Shown piece by piece: positions 1-10,443 of a stretch of DNA of 48,536 nucleotides (its first letter is position 1; every line of letters starts with the position of its first letter). Position numbers and translations under genes: made by a program. The notes under the pieces were generated by a model, which made no database searches, was not told the DNA's origin, and saw only the letters and a list, made by a program, of their open reading frames with translations. Source of the stretch: Octopus sinensis. Its lineage: Eukaryota. The stretch is from NCBI RefSeq assembly GCF_006345805.1, contig NW_021834420.1, forward strand, positions 1 through 48,536. The letters run 5' to 3'.

Positions 1-32
1 GAGACAATATGTATTTTTTGTGAAGGTCCGGG

Positions 33-91
33 GGCGGCAAACTGAAAGGCCGCCCCTGGCGGCGGCAAACTGAAAGGCCGCCCCTGGCGGC
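33..91. repeat. 28-bp GC-rich perfect tandem duplication (2 copies + 3 nt)
   Basis: ggcggcaaactgaaaggccgcccctggc at 33-60 and 61-88, followed by ggc. Confidence 0.9.
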
Positions 92-774
92 ATACACTGT
101 TGCTACGTTAATGAGTGTAACCAAATTTATTACACACAAACTTTAACAACAAGCTCTTATGTGCTGTCCCACCGTCTAAGGGCCATATGGACCCCGGTTG
201 AGGATCAGTTTCAGACAATGATTTTGCGGGTTAGTTGGCTGCTATTTTTAACAATCGGAGTGATTGACTACCCCGGCGTCCCTTCATAGCTTCATGTCCT
301 AATTGTTTGGAGATATTTCTGAAGGTCGTCAGCTGTTCACAGCAGAACTGTCATTTTGTTTCTTTAGTTTGAACCTCGATCACAACCGATCACACCTTTT
401 ACCTATGTAACTAATACTGACTAATAATTGCCGTGAGAAGCTTTTCAGTCGATGTCTTTATGTTTGTGTAATAAAAGATTATTTTATAACTTTTAATCTT
501 GAAGACATCACTGCCTTCTATTGTGGATTGCTCAAACCGTTCTCACCGTTGAAGAAGTAGGCAGGGGTGGCTGTCACATATACGGGTGGCCGCCTTATAA
601 TCTTACAAATGCATCTGCCCTGAAAAACTTTATGTGTTGGTTTCTTTTGATTAAAACTCAAAGGGTCCAACATTTAATCGGAAGAAATACATGGGAATTC
701 GTGACAAAGTGTTTGTATTTGTTTGTTAGAGTCGGGAGGCTTTTTAAAGACTTATTTTCATTTATTGCCATAAA

Positions 775-860
775 TGTGTATGTATATATGTGTGTATATA
801 CGTAAGTACATTTGGGTGCATGTATTTATATGCGCATATATATCTATATATATATGTATA

Positions 861-909
<49 letters not shown>

Positions 910-1300
910 ATATAATACGAATAGAAATTTCATACATATACATATATACATACATAGATATATGTATATATATATGTGTGTATATATGTGTGTATATATA
1001 TATATATTACATATATATCTACATACATACACACATACATACATACGGGCATACATGCATACATACATACATACATTAAGTACGTATGGGGTATATATTT
1101 ATATGCGCATAATTATATATATAGATATATATATATATATATATATACATACATAGATATATGTATATATATATTATACATACATATACACATATACATA
1201 CATAGATATAAGTATATATATGTGTATATATATATACATATATATCTACATATATACACACATACATACACACATACATACATACATATATACATACACA
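775..1300. repeat. Compound (TA)n/(TACA)n microsatellite with internal higher-order duplication
   Basis: Direct reading. Blocks such as atatatatacatacatagatatatgtatatata and tatttatatgcgcata each occur twice. Confidence 0.95.
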
Positions 1301-1539
1301 ATTGTGTTGTTTTCTTTTGATTGAAAATGAAGATTTAAAAGGAAATAGACACCAAAGCAAAATGGAGAGCAAACAGTCCTACAAAGCTAAAAGGAAACAC
1401 AGCGGTATTGAAATTAATGAGAGACAATGAAGGGAGGTAATAGACATGTTGTTATATAAGCGATCCAAATGCATGAAAATAATCAAAGACATTAAATGAA
1501 GTAAAGTGTAGAGAGGTGAGAATTTATACTATTGAGTCA

Positions 1540-1660
1540 CTTGGCAGAAACGTTAGAAGTTCGGCTATGGTAATTACTGCGATTCATACATTCTGTGTTC
1601 AAATCCTGCTGCGCTCAGCTTTGCGTTTCACTGTTGCAATGTCAATAAAGTACCAGTCAA
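1540..1660 (+). mobile_element. Degenerate SINE family A fragment
   Basis: ggcagaaacgttag...ttctgtgttcaaat...gtcaataaagtaccagt resembles the other family A copies in the window. Confidence 0.5.
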
Positions 1661-1686
1661 ATGCTGGAAGTGGGTTACTATTCCAA

Positions 1687-2092
1687 AGATCTTTTCGGTT
1701 TGAACGGCAGCTTTTTCTAGCGGTGTCATATGAAATTGTCACCCATAATTATGACCCTAGTATCGATCTATTGCATTTCAATCTGTTTTAGGGTTAGGGA
1801 TTGGGGGAAGGGTAACTTTTTTCTTCAGAAATGTAAATAAACCCAATCTGTTTCTTAAACGAGGGACATATTCATACGGCACAGAATGTTTTCACCTCAG
1901 TAGACGTCATTGATTGGTTGAAATCGCAGAAATTGAAGAAAAAAACAACAAATATCTTACAAACTATAGAATTTTCTCAATAACGCCGAGAGAAAAAGAT
2001 GTTTTATAAACATTCTACCAGTATACGAAGTTTAAAATTTTTTAGTTACCTAGAAATTATGTTAAAAACTGCCGGTCAAACCGAAAAGATCC
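1687..2092. mobile_element. Non-autonomous TIR element (MITE) with GGATC termini and a TTAGGG motif; Merlin-like by end/TSD pattern
   Basis: Ends (a)gatcttttcggtttgaacggcag and ctgccggtcaaaccgaaaagatcc; body collinear with 44038-44458; no ORF. Confidence 0.9.
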
Positions 2093-2128
2093 AAATGCTG
2101 GAAGTTGGTTACTATTCCAATAATATAA

Positions 2129-2345
2129 GGCGGCGCGCTGGCAGAATGGCAAGCATGCCGAGCTAAATGCTTAGCGGCATTTCGTCCGTCATTACGTTCT
2201 GAGTTGAATTTCCGCCGAGATCGACTTTGCCTTTCATCCTTCCGGGGTCGATAACATAAGTACCAGTTGAACGCTAGGATCAATGTAAACGACTTAGCCC
2301 TACCCCGAAATTGTTGGCTTTGTGCCATAATTTGGAAGCACTATT
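2129..2345 (+). mobile_element. SINE family A, A2-type 3' end
   Basis: Head ggcggcgcgctggcagaa, core gactttgcctttcatccttccggggtcgataa (resembles the Meta SINE domain, from recall), tail ccccgaaattgttggctttgtgcca. Confidence 0.85.
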
Positions 2346-2352
2346 CTTATAA

Positions 2353-2607
2353 TGCGATTCCCTGACGGAACATTGAGAGTGTTTATTGAGCGAAAACACC
2401 TAAAGCTCCGCGAGACTCCGGCAGGAGGTGGTGGTGAACCCTGCTGTACTCTTTCACCACAACTTTCTCTCACCCTTTCTTTTTGTTTCTGTTGTACCTG
2501 TATTTCAAAGGGCCAGCCTTGTCACGCACTGTGTCACACTGAATCTCCTCGAGAACTACGTTAAGGGTACACGTGTCTGTGGAGTGCTCAACCACTTGCG
2601 CGTTAAT
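2353..2607 (+). mobile_element. SINE family C, 5'-truncated, tail type C1
   Basis: Body gtgtttattgagcgaaaacacctaaagctcc...ctttctctca shared with 20055 and 24165, followed by a distinct tail ending ccacttgcgcgttaat. Confidence 0.85.
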
Positions 2608-2804
2608 AAATGAGTTGCGACGTCACTGGTGCCAAGCTGTATCGGCCCCTTTGCTTTTCCCTTGGATAACGTCGGTGGCGTGGAGAGGGGAGACTGGTAT
2701 GCATGGGCGACTGCTGGTCTTCCATAAACAACCTTGCTCGGACTTGTGCCTCGGAGGATATCTTTCTAGGTGCAATCCCAGGGTCATTCATGACTGAAGG
2801 GGTC
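2608..2804 (+). mobile_element. SINE family D, 3' half
   Basis: aaatgagttgcgacgtcactggtgccaagctgtatcggcccc...cattcatgactgaagggg is collinear with the full copy at 41511-41855. Confidence 0.9.
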
Positions 2805-3058
2805 ACAACAATTCCTATAATGTTGAAATTACAAACAACAAAAAATCAATAATCATTCTTAAGTTCAAACTTTACGACTGCTATTGTATTTTGTCCCCCC
2901 ACCCTCCCACACACACACCTCCTACAACAGACCGAACTTTCTTTGTTTCACTTAACCCTGAGTGAAGGAAATCTCTACGCAATCATTAAAAATAGCAGCC
3001 AAATCTTCCTCGACTCCAGCTGTTTAAGGAGACGTTAGATAATGTTCCCTCAGCGATT

Positions 3059-3079
3059 CATACATATATATATATATAG

Positions 3080-3174
<95 letters not shown>

Positions 3175-3179
3175 ATATA

Positions 3180-3278
<99 letters not shown>

Positions 3279-3377
3279 TATATATAATATATATGTATAT
3301 AGATATATGCATATATATTATATATATATATATATATATATGTATGCATGTATGTATGTGTATATATATATGTATAT
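3059..3377. repeat. (TA)n microsatellite
   Basis: Direct reading. Confidence 0.97.
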
Positions 3378-4266
3378 CAACAATTTGATTCAACTCTATG
3401 CCCCTTAAAGTTTCGTACATATATTCTTCTTCTCAGTATATCCGCTTTGGTAATTTGAGAGGACATTGCACCACCATTGAACATGGGTGCTGTCCCCTCA
3501 TTTAATCGACCCTATCAGTTTAGGAGGTCATAACAAATGGCACCACATGAGACATGACAACAGCCTCTCCTCTCAAATGTCTTCCGCTGATTAACTTTAA
3601 AAAAAAATAGAAACTTTCCTCCATAAATTAACTTTCGACATTTATGTTTGTACAAAATGGCAATATTCTTAGCTTCAGCTTCGCTTCCAGAATATTCTGA
3701 ATATATCAGAAAGGATAACTAAATTAAAAATAAATAAAATAGAATATTCATGCCGGAAAGAAAGATAAGATTTATGAGAACGAATAAGTAAATAATAAGA
3801 TATATTGAAAATGGCTCCATCGATCTTGTTGCAGCCAGGTTTTTCATTTAATCTCATCTCGTACATACTTTATCAAATGGTTCTGGATGTGTTACCTAGT
3901 TTCAGTGATGGAGACAACTTTCTATTCCGGAGGAATACTGTGTCGATATTGGTTGTATAAGTGGAGGCGAGTGAATTAATTCCAATCAGGAGTGCAAACC
4001 TCATCAAACATGACACTAATTTGTGTTTATACTGAAGTGTTTTTGAATGGAAGGGAATTTATATGAACCTCGGATTATATATATATATATATGTATATAT
4101 ATGTATGTATATATATATATATATATATGTAAATGTGTCTGTCTGTCTTTAAGTATGTATGTATGTATTACTGTATGCATGTATGTACTGCTTAATATGC
4201 CGTTTTCCTTTAATAAGATGATGGTATATAATTTGAATGAAATTTGATTGTTATTTCTGCGTAGAT

Positions 4267-4884
4267 CAGTAGTTCTCAACCGCAGTCCATATGGCCCTTG
4301 GGGGTCCACATAAGATTTAGTTGTTCGGATTATACTTCTACAATACACAAAATATTTCAGCAACTCTTTTTTTTATACAATTCCTAATAATATTCAGCTA
4401 GCAGTATCACCCGGCGTTGCTCGAGTTTATTTCGACCCTTTAGAATTGGAATTTTTGGAAAGTAAAAATTTTGCATTATGTAGCTTGTTATTCTCTTTAA
4501 GTGAACATTTTTCTGGTTGAAATACACCGAAAAATGGCGACATAGTAGTAAAAAAATCGTAAAAAATAGGGATTTCCATAGAAACCTTTTTGATGTAAGT
4601 AACTTTTGGTCTTAACATGGTCCGATTTGAATTTTATCTTCTACGGAATGAAGAGCAAGCCTTTTTCTATCATATTCTCAATTTTGGTCAACTTGCGCCG
4701 CAGGGTCTAGGAGGAGATAGTGTTAGTTGAAGGCTACCAAACCTGCCACGCACAGACAACTTCAGCTTTATATATATGAATTATAAACGTATAAGTTTTA
4801 TTTAAGCATTTAATGGGTATGACAATCTAGTAGAGTAAAATAGGAATCACGGGTTCCATAAGCAAAAATGATTGAGAACCTCTG
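4267..4884. mobile_element. hAT (Charlie/Tip100-like) MITE interrupted by a Helitron-like insertion
   Basis: Imperfect 15-bp TIRs cagtagttctcaacc / gattgagaacctctg. About 236 bp once the nested element is removed. The 8-bp TSD is only 4/8 conserved. Confidence 0.65.
4398..4779 (-). mobile_element. Non-autonomous Helitron-like element, family H3
   Basis: Minus strand starts TCatatatataaagctgaagttgtc and ends ctcgagcaacgccgggtgatactgCTAG (GC hairpin plus CTAG). Confidence 0.8.
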
Positions 4885-4935
4885 GCTGCAATTTTCAGCA
4901 TGGTGGTATCTCGTAGGTACCCTAATCTTTAATTT
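4885..4935 (-). repeat. Dispersed repeat end abutting (TA)n; matches 13001-13045
   Basis: Reverse complement attagggtacctacgagataccaccatgctgaaaattgcagc versus attagggtatctacgagataccaccaaggtgaaaatagcagc. Confidence 0.75.
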
Positions 4936-4936
4936 A

Positions 4937-5005
<69 letters not shown>

Positions 5006-5059
5006 ATATATATATACTAAATATATATAATATAATATATATACATATATATATAGTAT

Positions 5060-5325
5060 TAGTGAGTATAACTCCAAACTTACAGGGAAAAATTCATTTA
5101 GTATTAAATCAAATTTCACAATAAAATATATAATATATATAAATTAGAGAAAAACCACTATTCTACATATATCTAGATCACAAAAAGTACTTATTATATA
5201 ATGTTTATTCACTTTTTGTACTTTTTGTGATCTAGGTAAATGTTTTTATCATATATTTTACTTTTTCTATATGGTGTGATTTACGTCTTATCATTGTTTG
5301 AATTACATAATAGGGTTTTTTCTTC
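5060..5325. repeat. (TA)n-flanked dispersed repeat with internal 18-bp perfect inverted repeat (possibly Penelope-like remnant)
   Basis: Left part (aacttacagggaaaaattca...aattagagaaaaaccac) is homologous to 14535-14640. Arms ctagatcacaaaaagtac / gtactttttgtgatctag. The Penelope class is an inference. Confidence 0.6.
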
Positions 5326-5409
5326 AATTATATTATATATATATATATATATATATATGCATTCAAATAATATATTAATAACTTGTATATAAGATTCAGC
5401 AGTATATTC

Positions 5410-5452
<43 letters not shown>

Positions 5453-5832
5453 TACTATATATATATATTATACATAAAATACATACATACATACATAAAC
5501 GTGTGAGTACGATTCTGTATGTTTGCAGTCCGTGTACCTGCGCATGTATATGTGCAGTGTGTATACCTGTGTATAAGTATCTTTCGCTTATTTGTATATC
5601 GGCGGAGATTAAAAAAATGTATTAAAAAACACTAATCTTTGAACAAAGCATCTTACCACATTTGTTCCATACCAAGTTAGAACCAATCCCCTGTCCCTCT
5701 CACCGTCATTAATATAGCGAACTGGCCTCTATACGTGTCAGACATTCAACGCCATTTTCAAAAGATGTTTCAGCTTGTGTCCTTCACGTGACTTAACAGG
5801 TGTCTTGATGATGACTTAATTATCACACCTAC

Positions 5833-5887
5833 CTGTGAGTTCTGGAAATTAAACCTGACTGGCATGGAGTGGTAGCGCTTTCACTTC
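5833..5887 (-). CDS. Speculative 55-nt internal exon (one open frame: SESATTPCQSGLISRTH)
   Basis: Minus-strand acceptor ...aaacatttacAG|G and donor CAG|GTAGGT. No homology recognised. Confidence 0.15.
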
Positions 5888-6159
5888 CTGTAAATGTTTT
5901 CAGGTAAAGTAGAAGAATTATGTTTTACTGGAATTCTTTGATGAATGATATTTGTGACTGAGCGACAGTTGAGTACCTTTATCATAATGACACACCTGTT
6001 ACTGCCATTGATACTAGATTATGTTGTCTGAGATACATCGCGTCCGAAAAATAAACGGGACTGTCACGATTGGAACGTCTTAATTAAATTTCTATTTGTT
6101 CAAGGCTGATCTGGGATTTAAACATCATTGACATTTCCTGTAACAGCAGATATAATTGA

Positions 6160-6280
6160 CGTTTGATAAAGTAGTCCTAGATACGCTATGTATAATAAAA
6201 AAAATGGATAGTCACGGCTGGAGTAGCTTTGATCACAGGATCTCTCTTATCAAGATTAACCTATAGGCTAAACAACAGCA
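6160..6280 (-). repeat. Unclassified dispersed repeat family F fragment
   Basis: Reverse complement gttgtttagcctataggttaatc...gatcaaagctactccagccgtgactatcc...ctaggactac is similar to fragments near 19755, 22225, 23022 and 36421. Confidence 0.55.
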
Positions 6281-6510
6281 TTCACACTTCATATTAGAAA
6301 TCGTGAAAGCAGCAGTTGCCATTAGTGATATGAGATAATGTAGCGCTAGATACAGAATATTTGAAAACAAGTTACTGATACGTCTGCTTGATCATGGCTG
6401 ATCAAGAAACTAAATAACAATTTTATTGACACATCGTTAGCTATCAGTAAATATTACAACCAAACACAAGGAGTGCAATCACTCATTGTCTCCTTTGAAT
6501 TAGAAACATT

Positions 6511-6851
6511 TCTCTATATATAAGCGGCAAAATGTCTGTGTGTGTGTGTGTGTATCCTTTATACAAATCCACAATTTTTCAGTTAGAGGGCTCGCACTTT
6601 CTATGGTCATTTAAAACTGTCCAAGGATGGTCGTGCACATCTTTACATTTCCCCAGTCACCCTGCAAAGCTATTAAAAAATAAATAGAAGTTACTTTTTT
6701 GTGAATTTTCTATCCAAAACCCAATCAAAATGCTCGAAACTTGATATGCCAATTGAATGCCAGCTAGCTGTATGTGATTGGCCGGAGATTTGGACAATAC
6801 TTGCGTGTATGAGCGCACGCACGCAGCTGTATATGCATGCACTAGCACTAT
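6511..6851 (+). mobile_element. Helitron-like element family H1, lacking distal half of the 3' hairpin
   Basis: Starts TCtctatatataagcggcaaaatgtctg; collinear with 38392-38756; stops at actagcactat. Confidence 0.85.
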
Positions 6852-6926
6852 TAAAGTGACTTTATATCATTTTCTTGTAGAGGTAGTCGCTACATATTTA
6901 CATGTAATATTAATAAAGCTAGCTAA

Positions 6927-7138
6927 GTCGGTGAGTTGGCAGAAATGGTAGCACGTTGGGAAAAATGCATCGCGGCATTTCGTCCGTCCTTATGCTCTGA
7001 ATTCAAATTGTGCCAAGGTCAAATTTGCCTTTCAGGGTCGATAAAATAAAATACCAATTGAGCATTGGGATCGATGTAATCGACTTAGCCCTTCCTCTTA
7101 TATTGCTGGCGTTGTGCCAAACATTTGAAACTGATATT
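6927..7138 (+). mobile_element. SINE family A2
   Basis: gagttggcagaa...tttgcctttcagggtcgataaaata...tgctggcgttgtgccaaacatttgaaac. Confidence 0.8.
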
Positions 7139-7399
7139 AATATGCTAGTTTTCTGTAGGTTTATTTTTCAATGATTAATCGACCTTATCATCCCAAAAAT
7201 AGTTAATTATATAAGGTAAACTAATACTGAATATGAATATATACCAGATAGCAAAAAAGGATAGACCCGGCCTGAATTGCAAGTGAAACAATTCTCTTCA
7301 TAAATATTTCTATCAACATTTGTGAACGCCATCAGAGAAAGAAATATAAGATCTCTTGCTGGGAAAGACCTCCAAAATCCAAACAAGTGTATTTAACAG

Positions 7400-7559
7400 G
7401 GATGCGAAACACTGTCAAACAACGGGATTTACAAATACTTCAAATAATTACACAACTTGCTCAGCTGATGATGGTGACGCCAGTGATTGTGACATAATTC
7501 AACATTCAGCCATTTTTTTCAGCACATCTCTCTTGATGATAATGTTGTCAAGAGTCTAG
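7400..7559 (+). CDS. Speculative terminal coding exon with a GPI-signal-like C-terminus
   Basis: Acceptor tatttaacAG at 7398-7399. The frame reads DAKHCQTTGFTNTSNNYTTCSADDGDASDCDIIQHSAIFFSTSLLMIMLSRV*, with two N-glycosylation sequons, three Cys and a hydrophobic tail. No upstream exon identified. Confidence 0.25.
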
Positions 7560-7662
7560 CTTAAATAATGACTTGCGTGCGAGTCGATGTTAGTTTTATA
7601 TTCAGGCTAAAATATAACGTTGATGATATATCGGAGTAAGGAAATTCCAGCAATCATACCAA

Positions 7663-7668
7663 CATACA

Positions 7669-7707
<39 letters not shown>

Positions 7708-7850
7708 TCTAACATATATATATATATATATATTATATATATACACATATATATATATGTATGTATATATATATGTATGTATGTATATATATATGTATGT
7801 ATGGATATATATATATGTATGTATGTATTATATATATATATATTATATAT

Positions 7851-7901
<51 letters not shown>

Positions 7902-7924
7902 TGTATATATATATCCATACATAC

Positions 7925-7977
<53 letters not shown>

Positions 7978-7990
7978 CTATATATATATC
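7663..7990. repeat. (CA)n + (TA)n/(TATG)n compound microsatellite
   Basis: Direct reading. Confidence 0.95.
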
Positions 7991-8408
7991 CTACCGGAAG
8001 TAGTTGGGAATTTTATATTTTGTTGTTGATTTTCCTTACCAATATTTGCCTCTTTTTGTTTTTTTGTTTTTTTACCGCTGTTTCTCCAGAGATATGTAAT
8101 TTCAACATCTCATAGTTCCTTGACTGTATTCAATACATCGTTATAAATACCAACAAGAACAACAACAATAACTACGTCACCAGCAAAAATAATGACAATT
8201 GGCAGCAGCAACAGCAGCGTAACAGCAGCGCCCTCTAGTCCAAACAGGAAGGTTGGAGGGGGGAATAATCACGTTTGAAAGATTTACAATCTAACACTTT
8301 GCCGTTTTACAGGCACTTCGTTGAATATTTCCTTGAATTTTCCATCTCTATATTCCTTACAGTATTAGCAACGCATATGCATATTTCTCTCTTGAATTCA
8401 TATATGTC

Positions 8409-8410
<2 letters not shown>

Positions 8411-8448
<38 letters not shown>

Positions 8449-8830
8449 TGTGTGTGTGTGTGTGTGTGTGAGTGTGTGTGTATGTGCGTGTATGTTTGTG
8501 TGTGTGTTTGTGTGTGTATGTATTTGATCATATGTATCCATGTGCACAAGGGCGTGTGTGTATGAGAGCATGTGTGTGTGCGTGCATGTGTGTGTATGCC
8601 TTTGCTCATATGTATGCATGTATGCAAGTGTGTGTGTGTGTGTGTGTGTGCGTGTGTGTGTGAGTGTGTGTGTGTATGTGCGTGCGTGTATGTTTCTGTG
8701 TGTTTGTGGTGTATGTATTTGAGCATATGTATACATGTGTACAAGGGTGTGTGTGTGTATGTCTTTGCTCATATGTATGCATGCATGCAAGTGTGTGTGC
8801 GTGCTTGCGCGTGCGTGCTCGTGCGTACGT
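8411..8830. repeat. (GT)n-rich tract with a diverged ~195-bp higher-order duplication
   Basis: gtatttga(t/g)catatgtat...acaaggg...ctttgctcatatgtatgcatg recurs at 8520 and 8715. Confidence 0.9.
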
Positions 8831-9063
8831 GTTTGAAGGTCTGAAGGAACGCTACTGATATTTCATATTCCTGGTGGCCAGGGAAATAAAAATCCCATAA
8901 AAATGACTTATTGAGTAGGTCGTAGAATTCTTCTCTTCACCACTTCGCCAAAGTCACATCGACAATGCCAACATTTTCCAGTTATTTCAGTTGTATTTAG
9001 TTGTACCTCTTCTTTTGCTAATTATTGTTATCAATAAAGAAATTCGTTTCTTTCTCTCTCCCT

Positions 9064-9110
<47 letters not shown>

Positions 9111-9111
9111 T

Positions 9112-9150
<39 letters not shown>
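9064..9150. repeat. (CTA)n trinucleotide microsatellite, about 29 units
   Basis: Direct reading; explains the poly-Tyr ORF 9025-9273. Confidence 0.97.
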
Positions 9151-9151
<1 letters not shown>

Positions 9152-9620
9152 GTAACTATTCCGGAGAAGACCTGGATTTTCATATTTTACGGTTTATCTT
9201 TCCAGCAAAGGTGTTTAAGGCATTTCAGCGCCCCCTGCATGTAATAAAAAAAAAATTTCCTAGAAATTCTTGATATATTTTTGCAAACATTTTCTTTTTT
9301 GTTAGTGATTCAAAATGACCAGTTCTGGAGGAAGCGAAAACAGGTTCTAGCCGCAGGCGTGGTAAATATAAAATAAAAAAAATAATTGAAACTGAACAGA
9401 CATTTAGGAAAAACCAAATACAAAATATAACTTACGAAAACAACAAATCTAAAGAACGTCAGCAATAACAAAAGCATATTATTTTGCTTGTTTTTAGCCA
9501 GGTGAACCAAACTCAGTTCGCTGAATAAATAAATCTTTGGAGAAGTATGTCGCAAAAGATTTATCATCCCTACCTCACAATTTCGTCAATGAAAAGACAA
9601 AGTAACATTCTTCAAATTAC

Positions 9621-10008
9621 ACTCTTTACTCTTTTACTCTTTTACTTGTTTCAGTCATGTGACTGCGGGCCATGCTGGGGCATCGCCTTTAGTCGAACGA
9701 ATCGACACCAGGACTTATTCTTTGTAAGCCTAGTACTTATTCTATCGGTCACTTTTGCCGAACCGCTAAGTTACGGGGGACGCAAACACAACAGCATCGG
9801 TTGTCAAGCGATGTTGGGGGGACAAACACAAACACACAAACACACACACACACATATATACATATATACGACGGGCTTCTTTCAGTTTCCGTCTACCAAA
9901 TCCACTCTCAAGGCTTTGGTCGACCTAAGACTATAGTAGAAGACATTCGCCCAAGGTGCCACGCAGTGGGACTGAACCCGGAACCATGTGATTGGTAAGC
10001 AAGCTACT
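9621..10008 (-). mobile_element. SINE family B (internal (TA)/(GT) tract, (GTAAAAGA)n-like tail)
   Basis: Collinear with the full copy at 42745-43165; tRNA-like head with gggttcagtcc B-box on the minus strand. Confidence 0.9.
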
Positions 10009-10443
10009 CCTACACTCTGTAACAATTTTTTGTCTTTAGTCTGTAAGTGTTATTTCCTATTTGCTTCTATCTAGAAATCAAAGGAAATGACTACTATTCC
10101 CTTCAGGCTTTACTTTTGTGACCTGGACCTCAATGTTTTGAATCTGACCTATTTCCCATTACATTTCAGACAGATTCAGTTCTGAGTTGCTGAAGCAGAA
10201 ATATCGTTATAGCATATATTCTGCTCAATACCACAGATCTGCTTGTCAGTTGCTTGACCTTAAGCACTTGAGCATGTCCCTTAGTGGCTGACAATATGTG
10301 CATTGCTGATCATGATAAAGAAGAGCATCATAGCCATGTGTTGAGAGAAATTGGGGGGGGGCTTGAATGAATGTGACAAAAGCTAAGTTTGATGGAAATA
10401 TTAGCCATTTTTCATACTTTCTAGAGGGTGGGCAAATAGGAAA

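Noticed and set aside
170-215. Possible remnant end of the hAT-like MITE (gggccatatggaccccggttgag)
   Set aside because: The match to 4267-4310 is short and the TIR is too degraded to call.
758-1372. Stacks of overlapping ORFs rich in YI/MYVC/HT repeats (also at 3.0, 7.7, 8.3, 15.8, 21.0, 23.2, 30.2, 32.6, 35.7 and 36.5 kb)
   Set aside because: They are translations of stop-free microsatellites in several frames and both strands, with no domain content.
7464-7500. Other CTGATGA/TCATCAG words (7464, 17175, 18143, 20338, 48295) as hammerhead cores
   Set aside because: None has a correctly spaced stem II plus GAAA and stem III.
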